Position numbers and translations under genes: made by a program
NCBI GenBank assembly: GCA_032128375.1
Contig: JAQBGU010000084.1
Span: 32,001 to 96,000, forward strand
From: Deltaproteobacteria bacterium
GTDB taxonomy: Bacteria > Myxococcota_A > UBA9160 > SMWR01
Length of the DNA: 64,000 nt
Direction of reading: 5' to 3'
The notes under the pieces: model-generated
Database searches by the model: none
Told to the model about the DNA's origin: nothing
The model's input: the letters and a program-made list of their open reading frames with translations, nothing else
Shown: positions 19,664 to 27,874 of the stretch, piece by piece
Numbering within the stretch: the first letter of the stretch is position 1
Layout: the number at the start of each line of letters is the position of its first letter

Positions 19664-19900
19664 ATGGTGAGATCTGCCTACTGGCCGCGCTTCTGCGAAG
19701 AAAATGTATGGCATCTAGTGGGAAACATCGCCAGCGACGTAGCAGAGGCATGGGTCGTGTTCATCTCGAACCGGGCCCGGCGGGTCGCGATCTGGTCCCA
19801 GGCCGCCGCGAACTCTTCGACGGGACCCGTCGTCTGTGCCTACCACGTGATTCTGCTCCACTCAACCTACACCTACACTCGCGACACTTCCAAGCCGGCA
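19664..19900 (+). pseudogene. Truncated NTAQ1/WDYHV1-like protein N-terminal glutamine amidohydrolase
   Basis: YWPRFCEENVWHL..VVFISN..VAIWSQ..GPVVCAYHVILLH matches the CEEN/VFISN/WDYHV motif series; the frame then runs antisense into pepN with no further similarity. Confidence 0.75.
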
Positions 19901-19912
19901 AATGCGCGAACA

Positions 19913-22537
19913 CTACGCCAGTGCCTTGGTTGCGATTTCGAACACATCGCGCGAGACGTCAGGGCGATCGAGCAGGCGGCCGAGCTCGCGCTTCATCAGC
20001 TCCTGACGCGGTTCGTTGTGACGACGCCAGTGGGCGAGCGAACTGGTCAGCCGGGCCGCGACCTGGGGATTGAACGCATCGATTTCGATGATGCGCTGTG
20101 CCTGAAAGCGGTAACCGCTGCCGTCGATCGCGTGGAAGTGCAGATGATTCGCGCCGAACGCGCCGATCAGCGCCCGAACCCGGTTGGGGTTCTCAATGTT
20201 GAATGTTTCGTGACTCAGTAGTGCTTTGACGTCATCGAGGCAGCTCGACCGCGTCGAGAGTGCCTGGATCGTGAACCACTTGTCGGTCACCAGCGCCTGG
20301 TCGTGCCACTGCTCGTAAAACGACGATAAACAGCGATCGCGCAGCGCAGACTCGGCACTTCTATTTGCATCTGCATTGGCGAGTAGCGCCAGCGCCCGGA
20401 TGGAATCGGTCATATTCGTTGCGGAATCGAACTGGGCTGCCGCAAGCGACAGGTCGTCGTTCCCCGCGCTCAAATAGCCCAGCAGCGTATTGCGAAGACT
20501 TCGGCGGCCGATCGCCGCGGGATCTTTCGAATAGGGCCCCGCATCGGAGAGCGACTCGTAGCGGCGTAGCATCGCGTCGCGATGTGCTTCGCGCAGCGCC
20601 GCGCGCAGCGATTCCCGCTCGGCGTGCAGCCCTTCGACATCGATCGGGTCCATCTCAGCAGCCAGCAGCGCTTCGTCCGGCAGTGACAGCGCGTGCGCAA
20701 GCAATGCGGGGTCTGCTTCGTCTGCGCCAAGCGCTGTCCCGAATGCGTCGATGAACGGGCCGCGATCGGGCTGTTGCTCGCGTACCGCGGCGAGGAGTAG
20801 CGCCGTTGCGAGTTGTTGCGCGGCTTCCCAGCGGTTGAACGCATCGGAGTCGTGCGCCATCCGGAACAGCGCGTCGTCATCAGTTTCGTCCGCACGTAGC
20901 CTGATGGGAGCCGAGAATCCTCGGAACAATGACGCAACCGGTCGCTGCGCGACGCCCTCGAAGACGAAGGTCTGTTCGGCTTCGCGCAGTTCGAGCAGTG
21001 CCTCGGTGCCGACAGATGCGCCATCGATCGTCAGCGGGAGATCCCCGCCCGCGGCGTCAATCAACCCCACGCGTACCGGAAGGTGCAGTGGCTTCTTTTC
21101 CGCTTGACCCGGGGTGGGTTCCGTGTGCTGGCAAAGGGTGATCGAGAAAGTCTGGCGCTCGGCGTCGTGTTGGGTGCGAGCGGTTACGACCGGCGTTCCG
21201 GCCTGCGCGTACCACAGGCGGAAGTGCGAGAGATCGCGTTCGCTCGCGTCCTCGAGAGCGGTCACAAAATCGTCGCAGGTTACCGCCTGCCCGTCGTGAC
21301 GTTCGAAATACAGGTCACACCCCCGGCGAAAGGCTGCTGCGCCGAGCAGCGCGTGCGCCATACGAACCACTTCGGCGCCTTTCTCGTAGACCGTCGGAGT
21401 GTAGAAGTTGGAGATCTCCTGGTAGCTGTCCGGCCGGATTGGGTGTGCGGTCGGACCGGCATCCTCACGGAACTGCGCGGCGCGGAGTCGTTGCACGTCT
21501 TCGATTCGCTTGATGGCTCGGGAACCGACGTCACTCGAAAACTCCTGGTCGCGGAAAACCGTGAAGCCTTCCTTCAAGCTCAACTGAAACCAATCGCGGC
21601 AAGTCACCCGGTTGCCGCTCCAGTTGTGGAAGTACTCGTGAGCGACCACGGCTTCGACGCCCTGGAAATCCACGTCCGTCGCGGTATCGGGACGCGCGAA
21701 GACATAGCGCGTATTGAAGATATTGAGCCCCTTGTTCTCCATCGCGCCCATGTTGAAGAAACTGACCGCGACGATCATGAAGATGTCGAGGTCGTACTCG
21801 CGTCCAAACGTCTCTTCATCCCACTTCATACTCTTGATGAGCGATTCCATGCAGTGGCCGGCCTGGTCGATGTTCCCGGGCTCGACGTACACGTGAAGTG
21901 CTACCTCGCGCCCGCCCATCGTGGTGAAACTGTCGTCGAGTCGCTCGAGTCGGCCGGCAACCAGCGCAAACAGGTAACAGGGTTTTTTGTGCGGGTCTTC
22001 CCAGGTTGCGAAGTGGCGATCTGCATCGACGTCTCCGGAGTCGACGAGGTTTCCGTTTGACAGAAGCACTGGCGCGTCGGACCTATTCGCGACGAGCGTG
22101 GTTCGGTAACTACTCATCACGTCCGGCCGGTCCGGGAAGTACGTCATACGACGGAAGCCCTGCGCTTCGCATTGAGTGCAGTAGCTGCCAGCAGACAAGT
22201 AGAGGCCTTCACCGCTTTTGTTATCTGTCGGGTTGATCTCGGTCTCGACCACCAGTTTGAAACGGTCGGGTACGGAGCCGATCGTGAGATCTTCGCCGTC
22301 GATGCGCGCATCGTCGCTCAACTGGTCGTCTATCGAGATGGACAGCAGTCGCAACGCGACGCCGTTCAATACCAGCGGCGCGTTGGGCCGCGCCTGCGGC
22401 GATCGTCGCACACTACTGGTGGCGGTCACCCTGGTTCGAGTGGCGTGTAGTTCGAAGCGCAGGTCGATGTGATCGACGAAGAACGCCGGCGGGGAGTAGT
22501 CCGCACGGCGGACCGTAATGGGACTGGATTCTTTCAT
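19913..22537 (-). CDS. pepN: Aminopeptidase N (M1 family)
   Basis: TQCEAQGFRR, GAMENKGLN, HEYFHNW..LKEG, TVYEKGAEV, NPNRVRALIG; start at MKESS (22537). Confidence 0.97.
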   Translation of the reverse strand: MKESSPITVRRADYSPPAFFVDHIDLRFELHATRTRVTATSSVRRSPQARPNAPLVLNGVALRLLSISIDDQLSDDARIDGEDLTIGSVPDRFKLVVETEINPTDNKSGEGLYLSAGSYCTQCEAQGFRRMTYFPDRPDVMSSYRTTLVANRSDAPVLLSNGNLVDSGDVDADRHFATWEDPHKKPCYLFALVAGRLERLDDSFTTMGGREVALHVYVEPGNIDQAGHCMESLIKSMKWDEETFGREYDLDIFMIVAVSFFNMGAMENKGLNIFNTRYVFARPDTATDVDFQGVEAVVAHEYFHNWSGNRVTCRDWFQLSLKEGFTVFRDQEFSSDVGSRAIKRIEDVQRLRAAQFREDAGPTAHPIRPDSYQEISNFYTPTVYEKGAEVVRMAHALLGAAAFRRGCDLYFERHDGQAVTCDDFVTALEDASERDLSHFRLWYAQAGTPVVTARTQHDAERQTFSITLCQHTEPTPGQAEKKPLHLPVRVGLIDAAGGDLPLTIDGASVGTEALLELREAEQTFVFEGVAQRPVASLFRGFSAPIRLRADETDDDALFRMAHDSDAFNRWEAAQQLATALLLAAVREQQPDRGPFIDAFGTALGADEADPALLAHALSLPDEALLAAEMDPIDVEGLHAERESLRAALREAHRDAMLRRYESLSDAGPYSKDPAAIGRRSLRNTLLGYLSAGNDDLSLAAAQFDSATNMTDSIRALALLANADANRSAESALRDRCLSSFYEQWHDQALVTDKWFTIQALSTRSSCLDDVKALLSHETFNIENPNRVRALIGAFGANHLHFHAIDGSGYRFQAQRIIEIDAFNPQVAARLTSSLAHWRRHNEPRQELMKRELGRLLDRPDVSRDVFEIATKALA

Positions 22538-22721
22538 GATGCCCTCGATCGGCCCAGCCTTCTCGGAGCCGCAGCACTGCTGTGAGGAGCGTATCAGGGC
22601 AAATGCGGGTGCGCTTTGAACGAAACGGCGTTCAATAAGTGGCCGCGATCGCGTACGATCCGATCGCGAGAGAACCCGTCTCGAGGAATCCCCATCTCCA
22701 GAAAACACCAGGAGTCGAACG

Positions 22722-23315
22722 ATGAGTGGACCCAAAGATGACCAGTACGCTGGCCAGCTCGACAAGCCCGGCATGGGAATCAAAGACGGTCTGCCGTTGA
22801 ATGTTTCGAGCGGCGGAATCGACGAATTGCGTGCCGATATCCAGCGATTGATGGATATCGAGGCGATCAAACAACTGAAGCACGCCTATTTTCGCTGTCT
22901 CGATACAGCCAACTTCAACGAGTTGGACGGGTTGTTCCACGACGATGTCAGCGTCGACTTCGTCGGTGGTAGCTACCAGTGGAAGCTCACCGGCAAACAG
23001 GAGTACCTCGCATCACTGCGTAAATCGTTCACGCGCGAGGCAGTGGGACACCACAACGGCCATCACCCGGAGATCCAAATCCTCAGCGAGAGCGAGGCCA
23101 CCGGGATCTGGTACCTCGCCGATGACATGTGGATCATGACACACAAGTTTCACACCAGGGGAACTGCGGTGTACTGGGATCGCTACCTAAAGGCCGATGG
23201 GCGCTGGAAGATCAGGGAAACCCGCTACCGGCGTATCTACGAAATCAGTGGATTGATGGAAAAGAACCCCGAGTTCTCCAGCCACCACCTCGCGAGACAC
23301 GGCACGAAGGTGTAG
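22722..23315 (+). CDS. NTF2/SnoaL-like (BaiE-like) protein
   Basis: 'DIEAIKQLKHAYFRCLD', 'HHNGHHPEI', 'ATGIWYLAD', 'YWDRY..GRWKI'. Confidence 0.85.
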   Translation: MSGPKDDQYAGQLDKPGMGIKDGLPLNVSSGGIDELRADIQRLMDIEAIKQLKHAYFRCLDTANFNELDGLFHDDVSVDFVGGSYQWKLTGKQEYLASLRKSFTREAVGHHNGHHPEIQILSESEATGIWYLADDMWIMTHKFHTRGTAVYWDRYLKADGRWKIRETRYRRIYEISGLMEKNPEFSSHHLARHGTKV

Positions 23316-23395
23316 CGGGCTGCGAATTCAGGCAGGTGCTCCAGTCACCGGTGGGTCCCATTGGGCTGTACGAATGGTTGGACGGCGGTGTGTGA

Positions 23396-23671
23396 GCTGG
23401 CGACTCGTTCGCCGATGCGCAGTGTGAGAACGGCCAGTTGACGATCAGCGAAATGGGGCCGGCGCCGCGTGATTTCATCAGCCGGATCCTGGATTGGATG
23501 ATGGGTTCCGAGAACTACCACCCGATCGAATATCAGCTGTTCTATCTGAACTTGCGGAGCAACGCGCTCGATCGGGTGGCAGCCTATGTCAGTGCGCGGG
23601 CTTGCGAAGGCGCGACGCCGGCATTCGAGGGTGCGGCCGCGGGTGAAGACATTCGCATCGATTCTCCCTAG
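23396..23671 (+). pseudogene. C-terminal remnant of a DUF3089-like hydrolase
   Basis: 'ADAQCENGQL..NYHPIEYQLFYLNLRSNALDRVAAY' resembles the DUF3089 C-terminus; no N-terminal part. Confidence 0.55.
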
Positions 23672-23776
23672 TATGAGCCTTCCGTTTTTCCAATCACTTC
23701 AACCACCACACCATCAACCCATAACCATTCGACCTAGTTCACAAGTCAAAACAACGGGAACAACAGGAGAACCCCC

Positions 23777-24061
23777 ATGTCGCTACGTCTCACGGTTCAC
23801 TTCAAGATCAAAGAGGGCAAGGGCGCCGAATTCGAAGCGGCGGTCGGCGAAGCGGCCACTCAAGTCAAGGCCGAGGACAAGGGCTGTGAGGCCTACGATC
23901 TGTTCAAGTGCGTGGACGACGATACGCGCTATGCGCTGATCGAGTCGTGGGCGAGCCAAGAAGACATCGACGCTCACGGCAAGTCGCCCGGCATGGCCAA
24001 AATGATGAAAATCGGTCCATTGATGGACGGTGGCCCGAAGATGCACAGGTACTCCGATTAG
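23777..24061 (+). CDS. ABM / putative quinol monooxygenase
   Basis: AGGAG RBS; '[30 protein letters not shown]'. Confidence 0.88.
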   Translation: MSLRLTVHFKIKEGKGAEFEAAVGEAATQVKAEDKGCEAYDLFKCVDDDTRYALIESWASQEDIDAHGKSPGMAKMMKIGPLMDGGPKMHRYSD

Positions 24062-24169
24062 CGGCGAATTTTTCACCGCGTGGTCTTCGCGATCGCGTCG
24101 CGTATAGCTCTAGCACGCAGACGTCCAGGCCGGCGAGCGCTCGGCGCAGAACTCGATTACAGTCAGATA

Positions 24170-24599
24170 CGCCTCCGCATGTATCACCGAATAAACGTTG
24201 GATCGCTGCCATTCGCTCCTTGAAGTTGGCGTCGATTGTCGCGCTGTTCTCTACCATGTCGTAGCCGTGGATTGCGCCCTTCATTTCGCGGATGCCGACC
24301 GATACGCCCGCGGCCTGCAATGCTTCGGCGTACAGCCGTCCTTCGTCGCGTAGCGGGTCGAACTCTGCGACCTCGACCCATGCGGGTGGCAACGGCAAAG
24401 CTCTCGCGGTGAAGCGGAGCTGCATACGGCGGGACGGGTGCGCGGCCGCCGCTTTGCTTGTGCTCGCTATCTCTCAGGTAGACGTTCCACATGGTCCGGT
24501 TGGAAGATGTCTTCCAAAATCACCCAGCACTGCCACCCGCTGCGGATCGACCCCGAACTCTGCGGCATTTGCGTGTACCCATGACAGGGTCGCGTAGCA
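24170..24599 (-). pseudogene. HSL-family alpha/beta hydrolase remnant
   Basis: Three frames: CYATLSWVHANAAEFGVDPQRVAVLGD / MWNVYL..PPYAAP / [26 protein letters not shown]; sequence breaks directly after GD of GDSAGG. Confidence 0.8.
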
Positions 24600-24603
24600 G
24601 TAC

Positions 24604-24963
24604 GTGAGCCCCGTCATCACCATGCGACGGACCGCCATATGCGATGCGCAGATCGCTGGGCGGCAGATCCGTGAGGGCGAGAAGGTTGTGATGTTCTATC
24701 CCTCAGCCAATCGCGACGCGGACGTATTTCCCCATCCCCACGAGTTCGATGTGACTCGCGATCCCAATCCTCACTTGGCTTTCGGTTGGGGGCCGCATTT
24801 CTGTTTGGGGGCGAGCCTCGCTCGCGGCGGAATCCGGAGCATCTTTTCTGAGCTGCTCGCGCGTCTTTCCGATATCGAGGTCTGCGGACCCGTGCGGCGG
24901 CTGCGATCGTCTACGGTCAATAGCGTCAAATCCATGCCGGTCCGCTTTACCCCGGAGCGATAG
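24604..24963 (+). pseudogene. Cytochrome P450 C-terminal fragment
   Basis: SANRDADVF, HLAFGWGPHFCLGASLAR heme motif; begins just after the ExxR position with no N-terminal two-thirds. Confidence 0.85.
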
Positions 24964-25062
24964 ACAGCCTGCGGGCGATGCGCTCGGCAACATCGGGAGT
25001 TCTCGAGCGCGGTCGGCGTGATTCTCTGACTTTTGTTGTGGGCGTGCTGACACGCTCTCGGC

Positions 25063-25917
25063 TCAGGCGCGCAGCCGGAACAGGGAGCGCGCGGCTTCGG
25101 GCTTCGAGTCGCCGACCTCGTGCAATTGCGCGCTGGGGCGCGCTCGGAGATCTACGTCAAATACGATGTGCGGGCGGTAGGCGTCGAGCAAGTTGGCCTT
25201 CGCGGCCGAATCGGTGAAGAAGGCTCGGTCGAGTTCGATCTCCCACTCGCCCAGTGAGCGCAGGATGCGCTCGCGTGCTGACGACTCCTCGCAGCAGACC
25301 AGGGCAGTCAGGATCGGGCTCTCCGCCGAGCTGCCCAGGCGTTGAAGCGCTGACAGTGCCCGGATCCAGCGGGGAGCCGGAGGCTTTGTGACCTCCCCCG
25401 CGTCTGCTACCTCGGTTGCCAGTGCGACGGCGTCACCCCCGACCGCGATGCGGATCTCCGCTGGAATCCCTGTCTGCTTCGGATCCGAACGCACGAGCGC
25501 CGCTGCGGTTCCGGCCGTCATCGCCTGTGCCGCCTCGTTTGGGTCGGCAGACAGGAAGAGGTCCACCCCGAACGCTTGCAGGTACGGAACCAGAGATTCG
25601 CCGCCGGTGAAGGCTGCTCGATCCACCTCGAGCGATTCCTGCCGGGCCGAGGAGATCACCGCCAGGCTGAGATCCGCGGCGCAATCGGAGAGCACGACCA
25701 GGTCGATGCCGCGATTCGCCGGCCGAGCGCCGCGCAACAGCGCCTGGAGCACTGGCAGCCCGGGGCCGGCCGGGAGGGTCTGCTCCCCTTGCTCGAGATG
25801 GTATCGGCGATACGCCGCTTTGCCGTGCTCGCGCAGCACCTGCTCACCTTTGTCGAGTTCGAATAGCGATCGTGCGGAGATTCCGATAGCGAGGCGTTGT
25901 GACGGATTGGCGTTCAT
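25063..25917 (-). CDS. 5'-nucleotidase (cN-I/PF06189-like) homolog with degenerate catalytic motifs
   Basis: IGISARSLFEL, AAFTGGES..YLQAFGVDLFLSA, IRIAVGGDAV, PHIVFD; GGGAG RBS before ATG 25917. Confidence 0.75.
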   Translation of the reverse strand: MNANPSQRLAIGISARSLFELDKGEQVLREHGKAAYRRYHLEQGEQTLPAGPGLPVLQALLRGARPANRGIDLVVLSDCAADLSLAVISSARQESLEVDRAAFTGGESLVPYLQAFGVDLFLSADPNEAAQAMTAGTAAALVRSDPKQTGIPAEIRIAVGGDAVALATEVADAGEVTKPPAPRWIRALSALQRLGSSAESPILTALVCCEESSARERILRSLGEWEIELDRAFFTDSAAKANLLDAYRPHIVFDVDLRARPSAQLHEVGDSKPEAARSLFRLRA

Positions 25918-26164
25918 GGACTTTCTCCCTTGTCTGAGGCATCGGCAGACCGCGCCGCCCCTCGCGTGACGTGCGACACGTTCTCGCGGGGGGGGCCGCG
26001 GCCGTACATCCATCGTCCTAGCGCGCCGCCTTGCGTTCGAAAAAGTGGCCTAGTTCGTCACGTTTTCGGGCCAAACGGCACTCACGAGTAGAGCAGCCTT
26101 GCGCTCGCACGGATGCGCAGATGAGAGTCCGCTCGCAGTGTAAAACTCGCAGTATCTCGGTCTG

Positions 26165-27712
26165 ATGAGACGCATGCAGAAGATGATGGAAATTCCGGGT
26201 CATTCAACGAACCGTTCAACGAGCAGTCTGAAATCAGCGCCCGCACACGCGAGCGGTCCCTATGTCTGGGCGATTGCAGGCGGCAAGGGCGGCGTCGGCA
26301 AGTCCGTCATTTCCTCGAGCATCGCGATCTCGATGGCCCGAAATGGCGACCGGACGGTGATAGTCGATGCGGACCTCGGCTGCGCGAACTTGCACACGAT
26401 CCTCGGTGTCCCCCGTCCGGAGCGGACCCTCGCGCAATTTCTGAACAACGAGTACGCGGAACTGACCGAGGTGATGTGCCCCGGACCGGTCCCGAACCTG
26501 TACTTGATTGGCGGCGCGCAGGCGCCTTACGAAATGGCGAATCCCAAGCATTCGCGGATGCGCAAGCTGCTGCGCCACATCCGTCGGCTCCCCTTTGACC
26601 ACGTGCTTCTCGACCTCGGTGCAGGCAGCGCGTTCAACGTTCTGGACTTCTTCCTTTCCGCCCACCGCGGAATCCTGGTGGTGGTCCCAGAGCCAACCTC
26701 CATCGAGAACGCTTACGATTTCATCAGGGCCGTGTTCTTCCGGGGGCTGCGCAAGGCCGCGAAGGACCCGCAGGTGCGCGCGGCTGTCGACCACGCGCAG
26801 AGTCAGCAGGTGGGTGACAGCATGGATTCGCCCCGCCACCTCATGGACGCGATCCGGAAGATCGACGATTTCGCCGCGACGCGCATCCAGGAACAGGCCA
26901 AAGCGTTCTCCCCGATGATCGTCGTCAATCAGGCCGGCACGCTAGAGCACCGCCTGATGGGCCGCGACATCGTCACCGCCTGCCGCGAATACCTCGGCAC
27001 CGAACTCGAGTTCGTGGGCGCGCTCGAGCGCGACGAGTGCGTGCGGGTAGCGGTGAGCAAGAGCAAGCCGGTGGTCGAACTCTTTCCGGGATGCGATTTC
27101 GCGCGCGATCTCCGCGTCGTGGTCGACCGCCTCAGCAAGGATCGGGTCATCGACTCGCGAAACCACGACGAGCGCGACACTTTGATCCACACAGGACACG
27201 TCACCCATGATCGGGAGCGGTTGGCCGTTCGCGGCCTGGCGCTAGACGAGGCGGGTTGTGAGGAGAAGATCGGCATACCCTACACCGCAACAGAGACGCA
27301 AGCCGAGTGCGCGGTGGAGGTGCTGCGGCGCATTCCAGAGCCCGAGGAATCTCAAATTCCCCTCCCGCCGATCGACCTCGACGCCCCCGGCGCGACGCTT
27401 CGGATCTGGCGGGAGCACCTGGGCTTGACGTTCGAGGAGCTCGTTCGCGATACGCGGATTCGGTGCCTCCAGAGCATCGAAAGCGAGTCCTTCGACAGTG
27501 TCCCTCCGGAGCCATACATCCGCGGCTTCGTAACGGACTACGCGCGTGTGCTGGGGCTGACGAATCCCGCCGCGATCGCCGCGGCCTTCGTGTGCCGTTA
27601 CCGGTTGGCCGCGGCGGGAGCCCGGCCGCCCGAAGGCGCCCCGTCGCGCGGAACCAAGCCGCCGCTTCTCGGAGCTCGTGTCCATCGGCGAAGCTACGAG
27701 TCTGCGCGGTAG
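26165..27712 (+). CDS. FlhG/MinD-like ATPase fused to a C-terminal RodZ-type HTH
   Basis: GGKGGVGKS, DADLGCANLH, LDLGAG, PEPTSIENAY; C-terminal 'GATLRIWREHLGLT..IESESFDSVPPEPYIRGFVTDYARVLGL'; exact start uncertain. Confidence 0.85.
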   Translation: MRRMQKMMEIPGHSTNRSTSSLKSAPAHASGPYVWAIAGGKGGVGKSVISSSIAISMARNGDRTVIVDADLGCANLHTILGVPRPERTLAQFLNNEYAELTEVMCPGPVPNLYLIGGAQAPYEMANPKHSRMRKLLRHIRRLPFDHVLLDLGAGSAFNVLDFFLSAHRGILVVVPEPTSIENAYDFIRAVFFRGLRKAAKDPQVRAAVDHAQSQQVGDSMDSPRHLMDAIRKIDDFAATRIQEQAKAFSPMIVVNQAGTLEHRLMGRDIVTACREYLGTELEFVGALERDECVRVAVSKSKPVVELFPGCDFARDLRVVVDRLSKDRVIDSRNHDERDTLIHTGHVTHDRERLAVRGLALDEAGCEEKIGIPYTATETQAECAVEVLRRIPEPEESQIPLPPIDLDAPGATLRIWREHLGLTFEELVRDTRIRCLQSIESESFDSVPPEPYIRGFVTDYARVLGLTNPAAIAAAFVCRYRLAAAGARPPEGAPSRGTKPPLLGARVHRRSYESAR

Positions 27713-27874
27713 AGCGCCAGCTCTAGCGTACAAGCGACGACGGTGAAGAATTCTATGAATTCGCCCCAGGTCGGACCGGCAATCCAGGCGGCCCCGTCAG
27801 CCGACACAGGTCCCAGCTGGGGCGTTCGATGTGGCGCCGGCCGGCCTCAACTTCGATAACGCGTTCTTGGCGAG

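Noticed and set aside
18531..19880. ACCTACAC motifs at about 18535 and 19865
   Set aside because: Too short and only two occurrences; no support for a REP family from this window.
19901..20221. 3' part of ORF 19631-20221 as real coding sequence
   Set aside because: Almost entirely antisense to the pepN C-terminus; family similarity stops before it.
23393..23395. Second in-frame TGA upstream of the DUF3089-like fragment as possible Sec
   Set aside because: No Cys-type motif context and no recognisable domain upstream; better explained as decay.
26141..26168. Possible sigma-28 promoter upstream of the FlhG-like gene
   Set aside because: TAAA-N15 is followed by GTCTGATG, a poor match to GCCGATAA.
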